Origin: a virus
IMG/VR virus record: IMGVR_UViG_3300032235_000715
Span: 4,234-68,233 of that record
Strand: one strand, 5' to 3'
Length of the DNA stretch: 64,000 nucleotides
The notes under the pieces were generated by a model. That model was not told where the DNA came from. It did no database searches and worked only from the letters and a program-made list of their open reading frames with translations. The translations under genes and the position numbers were made by a program. This document shows, piece after piece, positions 50,977 to 59,753 of the stretch. The stretch's first letter is position 1. Every line of letters begins with the position of its first letter.

Positions 50977-51015
50977 CCCACACCACAAACTTTGGTGGAT
51001 TTCGTGTACTATAAT
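50960..51015 (+). promoter_or_regulatory. Putative early promoter: degenerate palindrome plus TATAAT
   Basis: GACACTTG-at-AAACTGAC (50960-50977), then TATAAT at 51010-51015; same layout as upstream of the cobS-like gene. Confidence 0.55.
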
Positions 51016-51037
51016 ATGAACATAACGCACAAGCAAA

Positions 51038-53221
51038 ATGCACGTTAATCACGAAATCAAAGGAATGCTTGCCAAACTTCTGGCATCAGAAGATATTATT
51101 GTAGAGCATAAAAAAGTTTCTACTGCCAGTTTCAATGTCCATACTCGTGTTCTTACCTTGCCAATGTGGAATGCGAGCAATACAGTGGTGGACCTTTTGA
51201 TTGCACACGAATGTGGTCATAGCATTTTTACCCCAGATGAAGATTGGACTGAGACTGTAAAGGTCCCTCAACAGTTTGTGAATGTAGTTGAGGATGCTCG
51301 CATTGAAAAACTGATGAAACGTAAGTATGCTGGACTTGCAAAGACTTTTTTCAATGGATATAAGGAACTGAACGAAGAAGATTTCTTTCAACTTGGAGAT
51401 GAAGATATTTCTACTTTCAATCTTGCAGATCGTGCAAACCTTTATTTCAAGGTTGGTAACTTTATTACTCTTGATTTCAATCCAGAGGAACAAGAAATTA
51501 TCAATCTGATTGGTGCTTGTGAAAGTTTTGCAGATGCTCTAATTGCTGCTGAGGAGCTTTACAAGTACTGTAAGAAAGAAAAAGAACAACAGCAGAAAGT
51601 CTCTGACTTTGATTCTCATGAAACTCAAGGGAACTCTCAGTCTCCTGCAAGTGATTTTGTGGAGACTAATGACTCCTCTTCTGATCAAGAAGGAGAGAGT
51701 GATAACTCTTCTGAAAAAGAGTCTTCTGAATCCTATGGTGGAACTGCTCAGGGTGATGAAACTCATGTAAAGTCTTCTACAGTTGAAGAAGAACCTGAGG
51801 TTCGTACTGCAGAATCTCTGGAAGATAAGATTCGTGACCTAGTTGGTAATGATGAATATGAGAATACTTACATTGAAGTTCCTCAAGTGAATTTGGACAC
51901 GATTATTGGTAAGAACTCTGAGGTTCATAAAGATATTGATGATTCATTTAATCACCAACAGAAATTGCATAATGAGTGTGCTAAAGATAAAGGATTTACT
52001 CCCACAAATCTTTATAAAGAATCTGATATTGATTTTAAAAAGTTCAAGTCCTCTGCTCAAAAAGAAGTTAACTATCTGGTAAAAGAATTTGAATGTCGTA
52101 AGGCAGCAGACCAATATGCTCGTGCATCAACCGCTCGCACCGGAGTTCTTGATACAACTCGTCTTCATACTTACAAATATAATGAAGACCTCTTTAAAAA
52201 GGTTTCTGTGATTCCTGATGGAAAAAATCATGGTCTAGTGTTTGTACTGGACTGGAGTGGTTCTATGTGTGATGTGATGCTTGATACTTGCAAGCAATTA
52301 TTCAATCTTGTTTGGTTCTGTAAGAAAGTCTCTATTCCTTTTGAGGTTTATGCTTTCACAAATGAATGGCGTCGTGGCGAATATGATTATGAAAATGATC
52401 GTTATCTTGCCGCAGATCGCACTCCCCATTATCAAAAGAAAGACGGACTTATGGTTGTAGATGAAACATTTGCTATGATGAATATTCTTACTAGCAAAGT
52501 TTCTGGTAGCATACTTGAGCATCAAATGCTTAACATTTGGCGTCTTGCTTATTGTTTTGGTAGGACTTATAGTTCTCCTTATACTTACTCCAATCGTCTT
52601 GGACTTTCTGGAACTCCTTTGAATGAAGCACTCATTACTCTTCATCAAATTCTTCCTAAGTTTCAGAAAGAAAACAAACTTCAAAAAGTTCAGTGTATTG
52701 TTCTGACTGATGGTGAAGCAAATCAACTCGTTCATCATAAAGAAGTCAAACGCCAGTGGGAAAAGAATCCATTCCTTGGAACTGGATACATTAATCCAAT
52801 GAGCACATTTCTTCGCGATCGTAAGTTGGGAACTACCTATAAAATTGGATATGGGTATCATGAATTTACTGATGTTCTTCTCAGGAATCTGAAGGATAAA
52901 TTTTCTTCTATGAACTTTATTGGTATTCGTGTACTTGAAAGTCGCAACTTTAGTCGGTTTGTTCAAATGTATCATTCACAACTTGACAAACAGTATGAAA
53001 AAATTCAAAGTGATTGGAAAAAAGTGAAGAGTTTTACTATCACAAAGTCTGGTTATGATGCGTACTTTGGAATGTCTGCGACAGCACTATCTCAGGATAC
53101 TGAGTTTGAAGTTGCTGAAGATGCAACCAAGTCTCAAATCAAATCTGCATTTGTAAAGTCTCTTAAGACTAAAAAACTAAATAAAAGGGTATTAGGAGAA
53201 TTTATCTCTTTAGTTGCATGA
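51038..53221 (+). CDS. CobT-like protein: N-terminal HExxH metallopeptidase-like domain plus VWA domain
   Basis: AHECGH, NVVEDARIE, MIDAS motif DWSGS, GTPLNE, LTDGE. Confidence 0.85.
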   Translation: MHVNHEIKGMLAKLLASEDIIVEHKKVSTASFNVHTRVLTLPMWNASNTVVDLLIAHECGHSIFTPDEDWTETVKVPQQFVNVVEDARIEKLMKRKYAGLAKTFFNGYKELNEEDFFQLGDEDISTFNLADRANLYFKVGNFITLDFNPEEQEIINLIGACESFADALIAAEELYKYCKKEKEQQQKVSDFDSHETQGNSQSPASDFVETNDSSSDQEGESDNSSEKESSESYGGTAQGDETHVKSSTVEEEPEVRTAESLEDKIRDLVGNDEYENTYIEVPQVNLDTIIGKNSEVHKDIDDSFNHQQKLHNECAKDKGFTPTNLYKESDIDFKKFKSSAQKEVNYLVKEFECRKAADQYARASTARTGVLDTTRLHTYKYNEDLFKKVSVIPDGKNHGLVFVLDWSGSMCDVMLDTCKQLFNLVWFCKKVSIPFEVYAFTNEWRRGEYDYENDRYLAADRTPHYQKKDGLMVVDETFAMMNILTSKVSGSILEHQMLNIWRLAYCFGRTYSSPYTYSNRLGLSGTPLNEALITLHQILPKFQKENKLQKVQCIVLTDGEANQLVHHKEVKRQWEKNPFLGTGYINPMSTFLRDRKLGTTYKIGYGYHEFTDVLLRNLKDKFSSMNFIGIRVLESRNFSRFVQMYHSQLDKQYEKIQSDWKKVKSFTITKSGYDAYFGMSATALSQDTEFEVAEDATKSQIKSAFVKSLKTKKLNKRVLGEFISLVA

Positions 53222-53514
53222 GAACATACAAAGAGTTTATTAATGAATCTGGTGATTGGTGGCATCCAGACCCCAAAAAAGATGCCGCTATTAGTGGACC
53301 GGGAAATAAAATGAGATCCCGTGAAAACCGTGGTCAAGATATCTCAGCGCAAACAAAACCAGATTATAGTAATCGTCTAAAACCTGGTGAGACTTACATG
53401 CAATTTGCTAAGCGTAAAGGTAAAGTTACTGTTCCATCAACAAAACCATCAATTAAAGATAGGATAAAAAGTAAACTTGGTAGTGTAATTGATAAAGTTG
53501 CTGGTATCAAATAA
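53218..53514 (+). CDS. Small basic protein with a capsid-targeting-sequence-like leader
   Basis: Begins MRTYKEFINE; TAAATA core at 53178-53183 inside the upstream gene. Confidence 0.75.
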   Translation: MRTYKEFINESGDWWHPDPKKDAAISGPGNKMRSRENRGQDISAQTKPDYSNRLKPGETYMQFAKRKGKVTVPSTKPSIKDRIKSKLGSVIDKVAGIK

Positions 53515-53527
53515 GCAAAGCACTGAG

Positions 53528-53582
53528 GACAGTTTGGAAACTGTCTATGGGGTCCTAAACGGACCCCTTTTTGTTCTATAAT
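53528..53582 (+). promoter_or_regulatory. Palindromic operator, terminator hairpin and -10 box upstream of the cobS-like gene
   Basis: GACAGTTT-gg-AAACTGTC perfect inverted repeat (53528-53545); GGGGTCC-taaac-GGACCCC-TTTTT; TATAAT at 53577-53582. Confidence 0.75.
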
Positions 53583-53607
53583 GACTGAGTTGAAACAAAG
53601 CAAACGA

Positions 53608-54723
53608 ATGGCACTCTCCTCTGACTACATCCGCACTTCCCTTCAGAACCTATATGGAAACACCATCACCGGTGCTGATATTCGTGCCTGGTGTAATCTG
53701 AACGATGCTAACTATCAAACCGTAACTAAGAAACTTGATCAATTCAAAGTTGGTCGCGGTAAATGGAATCTTGAAGTGACTCAACAAAAAGTAGAAGAAA
53801 TCGAACGTACTTTCCAAGCACCGTCTGTGGTTCCCCCTGTAGAGCAAAATCTTATCCCTGATAAAGATGATACCTTCGTCAAGTTTGGTAATTTTGGCGA
53901 TATTTACAAAATTATCAAGTCCCATCTTTTTTACCCTACGTTCATTACGGGTCTGTCGGGTAATGGCAAAACGTTTTCTGTTGAGCAAGCGTGTGCTCAA
54001 CTTAAGCGCGAATTGATTCGCGTAAACATTACAATCGAAACTGATGAGGATGATTTGATTGGTGGTTTTCGCCTTGTTGATGGTAACACTGCTTGGCACA
54101 ATGGTCCTGTTATTGAGGCACTGGAGCGAGGAGCAATCCTTCTTCTTGATGAGATTGACCTTGCTTCTAACAAGATTCTGTGCCTTCAATCTATCCTTGA
54201 AGGAAAAGGTGTCTTCCTGAAAAAGATTGGTCGTTGGGTGAAACCTTCTGCTGGTTTCAACGTGATTGCCACTGCCAACACCAAAGGTAAGGGTTCTGAT
54301 GATGGTCGCTTCATCGGCACCAACGTGCTCAATGAGGCATTCCTAGAACGCTTCCCCGTGACCTTTGAGCAGTCTTATCCTGCCCCTGCTACGGAGCAGA
54401 AGATCCTGGAAGGCATCGCTCTGGACCTTGGCGTGGAAGAACGTGACTTCTGCAAGCGTCTGGTGGATTGGGCAGACATCATTCGCAAGACCTTCTACGA
54501 TGGTGGTATTGAAGAAATCATCAGTACACGCCGTCTGGTCCACATCATTCGTGCCTATAGCATCTTCCAAGATAAGGCAAAGGCAATTCAAGTGTGTGTG
54601 AATCGTTTTGATGACGAAACCAAGCAAGCATTCCTTGAACTGTATGACAAGGTGGATGCTGACTTTAAAATGCCTGAAGGCGAGTATGTAACTTACGACC
54701 TTGACCAACTACCTCAATCCTGA
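53608..54723 (+). CDS. cobS: CobS-like/MoxR AAA+ ATPase
   Basis: GLSGNGKT, LLLDEID, TANTKGKG, NEAFLERF, ISTRRL; ATG at 53608 preferred because the 53581 ATG overlaps the -10 box. Confidence 0.88.
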   Translation: MALSSDYIRTSLQNLYGNTITGADIRAWCNLNDANYQTVTKKLDQFKVGRGKWNLEVTQQKVEEIERTFQAPSVVPPVEQNLIPDKDDTFVKFGNFGDIYKIIKSHLFYPTFITGLSGNGKTFSVEQACAQLKRELIRVNITIETDEDDLIGGFRLVDGNTAWHNGPVIEALERGAILLLDEIDLASNKILCLQSILEGKGVFLKKIGRWVKPSAGFNVIATANTKGKGSDDGRFIGTNVLNEAFLERFPVTFEQSYPAPATEQKILEGIALDLGVEERDFCKRLVDWADIIRKTFYDGGIEEIISTRRLVHIIRAYSIFQDKAKAIQVCVNRFDDETKQAFLELYDKVDADFKMPEGEYVTYDLDQLPQS

Positions 54724-54729
54724 TAGAAT
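54701..54729 (+). promoter_or_regulatory. Sigma70-type promoter for the gp45 operon
   Basis: TTGACC-17 nt-TAGAAT with a TG extension. Confidence 0.7.
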
Positions 54730-54731
54730 GT

Positions 54732-54758
54732 GAGGAGATAAAACTATCTCCTCTTTTT
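54732..54758 (+). terminator. Intrinsic terminator after cobS
   Basis: GAGGAGATA-aaac-TATCTCCTC plus TTTTT. Confidence 0.8.
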
Positions 54759-54761
54759 ATT

Positions 54762-55139
54762 ATGGATGAGCATCCTTATAATGAGTTTACTTTTTTGGTA
54801 AACTCAAATGACACGATTGAAATTAAAAAAACACCTGTGAGTATGAACGAACAAAACTCCAATCATTTTTGGAAATATAATGAGGATAAAATCCTCAAAC
54901 AACTTGAAGAGTATATTGCTAGCACTTATAGGCAACATTATGTTGATAGGACTGGTGGTGGAACAGAGCAAACAATTGATAAGATCAAACACAATCGTCG
55001 CGAAGGATTTTGTGCAGGTAATGTGACGAAATACATTGATCGATACGATACTAAAGGTACTCCTCGCGCTGATCTGTTTAAAGTTCTACACTACACAATC
55101 CTCTTGATCAACCATCTCAATCTTATTGAAAACAAGTGA
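54762..55139 (+). CDS. DUF3310-like protein
   Basis: STYRQHY...GFCAGNVTKYIDRY..KG..RADLFKVLHY. Confidence 0.7.
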   Translation: MDEHPYNEFTFLVNSNDTIEIKKTPVSMNEQNSNHFWKYNEDKILKQLEEYIASTYRQHYVDRTGGGTEQTIDKIKHNRREGFCAGNVTKYIDRYDTKGTPRADLFKVLHYTILLINHLNLIENK

Positions 55140-55141
55140 TT

Positions 55142-55807
55142 ATGAAACTCTCTGATAAAACTCTCACTCTTCTCAAGAATTTCTCTTCTATCAACCAGTC
55201 CATTTTGTTTAAGGAAGGTAGTTCGCTACGGACAATTAGTGTCATGAAGAATATACTGGCAGAAGCAACAATTGAAGAAGAACTGCCCAAGGATTTTGGT
55301 ATCTATGATCTCAACCAGTTTCTGAATGGACTTAATCTTCACCAAAATGCCGAACTTGATTTTCAGAACGATGGTTATGTAGTTATTAAAGAAGGTCGGT
55401 CTCGCTCAAAATATTTTTTTGCTGATCCTAATGTAATTGTCACACCTCCTGATAAATCTATTACCCTTCCTTCAGAAGATGTTTGTTTCATTCTTGATAC
55501 CAAGGAACTTGATAAACTCCTTAAAGCTGCTGCTGTGTATCAACTTCCTGACCTGTCTGTGGTTGGTGAAACAGGTGTGGTGAAACTAGTTGTTCGTGAC
55601 AAAAAGAACGATACTTCCAATGATTTCTCTGTGATTGTTGGTGAGACTGATGGAGTATTCACCTTCAACTTCAAGGTAGAGAACATCAAAATTATTCCTG
55701 GTTCTTATGAGGTTGTAATTTCTTCCAAACTACTTTCTCAATTTAAAAATACATCTTATGATGTAACTTACTGGATTGCTTTGGAACCTGACAGCACTTT
55801 TGGGTGA
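55142..55807 (+). CDS. gp45: Sliding clamp gp45
   Basis: MKLSDKTLTLLKNFSSINQSILF, FGIYDLNQFL, YWIALEPDS. Confidence 0.96.
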   Translation: MKLSDKTLTLLKNFSSINQSILFKEGSSLRTISVMKNILAEATIEEELPKDFGIYDLNQFLNGLNLHQNAELDFQNDGYVVIKEGRSRSKYFFADPNVIVTPPDKSITLPSEDVCFILDTKELDKLLKAAAVYQLPDLSVVGETGVVKLVVRDKKNDTSNDFSVIVGETDGVFTFNFKVENIKIIPGSYEVVISSKLLSQFKNTSYDVTYWIALEPDSTFG

Positions 55808-55837
55808 ATATACTATTAATGAGTTGAGGAACCTACC

Positions 55838-56353
55838 ATCAATATCTTTGTGACTTCTCCCTGGCCTGCAGAGAGTGCCATTTGCCTTCCCGACAAACAC
55901 ATTGTTAAGATGCCCCTAGAGTGCTGTCAGATGCTCTCTATCGTGGCTTCCGAGAAGTGGGGTTATGGGTACGGCACTCTCCCCAAGGCAGATGGAACCC
56001 CTTACAAGACCGAGAAAGGAGCATTCCGCAATCATCCCTGTACCAAGTGGGCAATGGAAAGTATCCACAATGCCTACTGGTTAATTAAGTGGGGACTGAA
56101 CTTGTCTGACGAATATTGCCTGCGGTATAATAAAACTCACTCTTGTTATAAAACTCTTGTGGAGGCATATTACTTGTTTCCAAAGGGTAAGATTACAGAA
56201 GTGACTCCATTTGCTCGTGCTATGCCCGAGGAGTGGAAGTTTGACGACACTATTGACACATTTGAAGCATACAAAAGGTACATCGCATCCAAACCTTGGG
56301 TGTCCGATAATTATCTTAAAATGCCTGAAAGAAAACCTTCGTGGATAAATTAA
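55838..56353 (+). CDS. Pyrimidine-dimer DNA glycosylase-like protein; start codon uncertain (ATC at 55838 or GTG at 55850)
   Basis: (I)NIFVTSP...DKHIVKMPLECCQMLS...NHPCTKW...RY.KTHSC...FARAMP...AYKRY. Confidence 0.7.
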   Translation: MNIFVTSPWPAESAICLPDKHIVKMPLECCQMLSIVASEKWGYGYGTLPKADGTPYKTEKGAFRNHPCTKWAMESIHNAYWLIKWGLNLSDEYCLRYNKTHSCYKTLVEAYYLFPKGKITEVTPFARAMPEEWKFDDTIDTFEAYKRYIASKPWVSDNYLKMPERKPSWIN

Positions 56354-56356
56354 ATT

Positions 56357-57301
56357 ATGGCAAGTGAATTTCTCCTCACTGAAAAATACCGTCCTCAAGT
56401 AATTGATGATTGTATTCTTCCTGATGAAACTAAAAAAACGTTTAAGGAGTTTGTGGCAAGGGGGGAGATTCCCAATCTTCTTCTTGCAGGACCTCCTGGT
56501 ATTGGTAAAACGACTATTGCAAAAGCACTATGCAATGAACTGGGCGCAGATTATTATGTAATTAATGGATCAGATGAAGGGCGTTTCTTGGATACTGTAA
56601 GAAACCAAGCAAAGAACTTTGCTTCGACCGTCTCACTTACGGGATCTTCTAAACACAAGGTCATCATTATCGACGAAGCAGACAATACCGGTAATGATGT
56701 TCAACTCCTACTACGTGCGAATATTGAGGCATTTTATAACAACTGCCGCTTCATCTTCACCTGTAACTACAAGAACAAGATTATTGAACCTCTTCACTCT
56801 CGATGCGCAGTTATCGATTTCACAATCAAAGGGAAGCAAAGAGTTCAACTTGCAGGAAGTTTCTTTCAACGACTTCAAACAATCTTGGATGCGGAAAAGA
56901 TTGAATACGATCAAAAAGTCGTTGCGGAACTTGTTACAAAACACTTCCCGGATTTTCGTAGGGTTCTAAACGAGATTCAACGATACTCTACTGGTGGTAA
57001 AATTGATTCTGGTATTCTTGCATCCTTCTCTGACGTTTCTGTAAATGAACTCATCAAGAACCTTAAAGACAAGAACTTTACAGAGGTTCGTAAGTGGGTG
57101 GTCTCCAACCTGGATAACGATGCTAGTAACCTACTTCGCAGGATTTATGACGCCTCTTTTGATAACCTTTCACCCCAATCTATCCCTGCTGCCGTTCTTA
57201 TTATTGCTAAGTATCAATATCAATGTGCGTTCGTTGCTGATCAAGAAATAAATCTTCTTGCTGCTCTTACCGAAATTATGGTAGAGTGTTCTTTTATTTA
57301 A
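56357..57301 (+). CDS. gp44: Clamp loader large subunit gp44
   Basis: EKYRP, GPPGIGKTT, IIIDEAD, PLHSRC, FPDFRR, ADQEIN. Confidence 0.97.
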   Translation: MASEFLLTEKYRPQVIDDCILPDETKKTFKEFVARGEIPNLLLAGPPGIGKTTIAKALCNELGADYYVINGSDEGRFLDTVRNQAKNFASTVSLTGSSKHKVIIIDEADNTGNDVQLLLRANIEAFYNNCRFIFTCNYKNKIIEPLHSRCAVIDFTIKGKQRVQLAGSFFQRLQTILDAEKIEYDQKVVAELVTKHFPDFRRVLNEIQRYSTGGKIDSGILASFSDVSVNELIKNLKDKNFTEVRKWVVSNLDNDASNLLRRIYDASFDNLSPQSIPAAVLIIAKYQYQCAFVADQEINLLAALTEIMVECSFI

Positions 57302-57335
57302 AGTTTGTATTTTATTTTTGATTTTTTTTATTATT

Positions 57336-57872
57336 ATGATTGACATTGAACAAATTAATCTTAAAGAATTTTTTGGTTGCGTTGAGGCGACTAATACTCC
57401 TCAAATGAAATCAAATGCATTTAAAACATTTCGCACGTACTTGCAAGAGAAATCATTTGCTAAATGGTCTAACGGACAATTGCAATATGTGGGAGATTAT
57501 GAGGACGGCAGAGACTTCGTTGGTAGTGATGGAACTTTTTATGAAATGAAAGGTTCTTTAGGGATCTTCAATAAAAATGGGTCATGTAAAAGGGTAGTCC
57601 TTATTAATAAAAGACCTGGAAAGAATAAAAAACAATTGGCAAAAGAGGATATTAAAAAAACATTTGACTATATGCTATTGGTTGATACTAAAAAAATGTC
57701 GATAGCATACACGACATGGGAAACGGTTTATTCTAGGGCAGAGTGTGATGGTGCAGGAGCAACATTTAAGTTGGAACCAGGTGATTATGAATTTTTGGCA
57801 AGAGATATTGTTCCTCTAACTAAAAAAATAACATCAACAGAATTGTTGAGTTCAATGGAAGAAATTTTATAA
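57336..57872 (+). CDS. Hypothetical protein, possible PD-(D/E)xK nuclease
   Basis: E(K)...GRDF.....FYEMKG spacing resembles a restriction-endonuclease-like active site; ATG at 57336 preferred. Confidence 0.5.
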   Translation: MIDIEQINLKEFFGCVEATNTPQMKSNAFKTFRTYLQEKSFAKWSNGQLQYVGDYEDGRDFVGSDGTFYEMKGSLGIFNKNGSCKRVVLINKRPGKNKKQLAKEDIKKTFDYMLLVDTKKMSIAYTTWETVYSRAECDGAGATFKLEPGDYEFLARDIVPLTKKITSTELLSSMEEIL

Positions 57873-57873
57873 T

Positions 57874-58932
57874 ATGTTATCTCAAGAGCAAGCAATTTGG
57901 GCAGCAGATCAATTTATTGATTATTATTCAAAATTTAATAGAATTGATGACTATTTGAGATTTGTAAAAAGTAGTAGAATTCAAGATTCGTCTGGAAAAT
58001 TATTTGGTTCAGAAGATGAAATATTTTGTAATTTCAATCTTCATCCAAATGATATGAAATTTTCTATTCATATTGTAGATACTTCTCCAAAACCAAAAAC
58101 AAAATATAATCAAGAATTATATTCTAATATTTTGAATGAAACCGCTTCAAATCCTATTGAAGAAGCAATCCCCGGAAGAACAATTAAATGGATAGTTACT
58201 GAGGACACTGCAAATAAAATTATAGGGGTTATTAGATTTGGTTCACCAACTATTAACTCCAAACCAAGAAATGATTACTTTGGCGAAGTTCTTCCTTTGT
58301 CAAAGATTAATAATGAGTTTGTGATGGGATTTAATATTGTCCCAGTACAACCATTTGGGTATAACTATCTTGGTGGAAAACTTTTAGCATTATTGGCATC
58401 TTCTAATGAACTCAAACGACAATTTGATGCAAAGTATGAAACTGATCTTCATTACTTTGAAACAACTTCATTATACGGTACGACAAAAGGAGTATCCATG
58501 TATGATGGTCTTAAACCTTATCTTAGACACATAGGAGATACTGAAAGTAATTTTCTTCCATTATTTCATGATGATTATTTTCGCGAAATGTTCTGGTGGT
58601 TTAATAATAATGCCAATGGCGGAGAAAGATTAATCTCAGCAGATAAGTCTTCAAAAAAACTTAAAATTCAAACTAAGATGATTTCAATTATCACAAAGTC
58701 ACTTAAAGATACTTCAAAACTGCTTGAGTTTAAAAAATGTATTGAACATGCTAAGTCTCTAACCGAAAAGAAAAGGTATTATATTTCTAAATTTGGATAT
58801 GAACCTGATGAAGTGATTAAATGGTGGAAATCTAAAGCAACACGAAGATATGAAAAGTTGCTTCAAGATAACAAACTTAGGACTGAACTTGAATTATGGA
58901 AACCTGGAGTTGATTTGGAGATTATTCGATGA
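57874..58932 (+). CDS. DUF4338 (Druantia DruA-like) domain protein
   Basis: IPGR..KWIV.E....IIGVIRFGSP, VPVQPFGYNYLGGKLLALL, ETTSLYG...SMYDG. Confidence 0.7.
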   Translation: MLSQEQAIWAADQFIDYYSKFNRIDDYLRFVKSSRIQDSSGKLFGSEDEIFCNFNLHPNDMKFSIHIVDTSPKPKTKYNQELYSNILNETASNPIEEAIPGRTIKWIVTEDTANKIIGVIRFGSPTINSKPRNDYFGEVLPLSKINNEFVMGFNIVPVQPFGYNYLGGKLLALLASSNELKRQFDAKYETDLHYFETTSLYGTTKGVSMYDGLKPYLRHIGDTESNFLPLFHDDYFREMFWWFNNNANGGERLISADKSSKKLKIQTKMISIITKSLKDTSKLLEFKKCIEHAKSLTEKKRYYISKFGYEPDEVIKWWKSKATRRYEKLLQDNKLRTELELWKPGVDLEIIR

Positions 58933-59312
58933 GTATTGAACTTAAAGATTGGTTGAACTCAATAAATTTTTCAAAAGAAAATTTAATTGAGGATTCTAGT
59001 AGTATTAAAGACTATTCTCCGTACGTTATTAATCGTTGTTTGTCGGGTGAAATTGATTGTGTTCTCTTCGCCAATGAAATGAACCTAAATCACCACCTGG
59101 ACAAAGATATGCAATATTCTTTTTTTCTAAATACTATAAGAAAAAGGAAGAGATATTCTCCCTGGCTCCGTAAAGATAAAATTAAAGACTTAGAGTGTGT
59201 GAAACGTTATTATGGATATAGTAACGAAAAGGCATCTCAAGCATTGAAAATTTTGTCAAAAGAGCAAATCGACTTTATTAAACAAAGACTTGAAATTGGC
59301 GGAACAAAATGA
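58929..59312 (+). CDS. gp62: Clamp loader small subunit gp62
   Basis: LKDWLNSIN, YSPYVINRCLS, RKRKRYSPW, VKRYYGYSNEKA. Confidence 0.94.
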   Translation: MSIELKDWLNSINFSKENLIEDSSSIKDYSPYVINRCLSGEIDCVLFANEMNLNHHLDKDMQYSFFLNTIRKRKRYSPWLRKDKIKDLECVKRYYGYSNEKASQALKILSKEQIDFIKQRLEIGGTK

Positions 59313-59749
59313 CAATTCAAACAATTGAACCACAGGTAAATTGGTCTCAAGACCAAATGGTTGAAGTTATCCTAAACGAACCAGATGATTTTCTAAAAGT
59401 AAGGGAAACTTTAACTCGTATTGGGGTTGCATCCAGGAAAGAGAAAAAACTCTATCAATCTTGCCACATCTTACACAAGCAAGGTAGATATTACATTGTT
59501 CATTTTAAGGAGTTGTTTGCTCTTGATGGTAAGCACGCCAACTTGACCGTGAATGATGTTCAACGACGCAATCGCATTGTTCGCCTTCTTGCAGACTGGG
59601 GACTTATTACGGTTCTAAATCAAGATAAAGTATCTGATATTGCTCCTTTGAATCAAATCAAAGTTCTTGCTTATAAGGATAAGGGAGACTGGATTCTTGA
59701 ACAAAAGTATAACATTGGTAAAAAAGGAAAAGCAGTAGAAACCGAATAA
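59309..59749 (+). CDS. regA: Translational repressor RegA
   Basis: PDDFLKVRETLTRIGVASRK..LYQSCHILHKQGRYYIVHFKELFALDG. Confidence 0.98.
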   Translation: MTIQTIEPQVNWSQDQMVEVILNEPDDFLKVRETLTRIGVASRKEKKLYQSCHILHKQGRYYIVHFKELFALDGKHANLTVNDVQRRNRIVRLLADWGLITVLNQDKVSDIAPLNQIKVLAYKDKGDWILEQKYNIGKKGKAVETE

Positions 59750-59753
59750 ATAA

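Noticed and set aside
52298-52975. 225-aa minus-strand ORF and the other antisense or alternate-frame ORFs in the track (e.g. 53650-54189, 24958-25389)
   Set aside because: They lie within well-supported plus-strand genes and show no recognisable motifs
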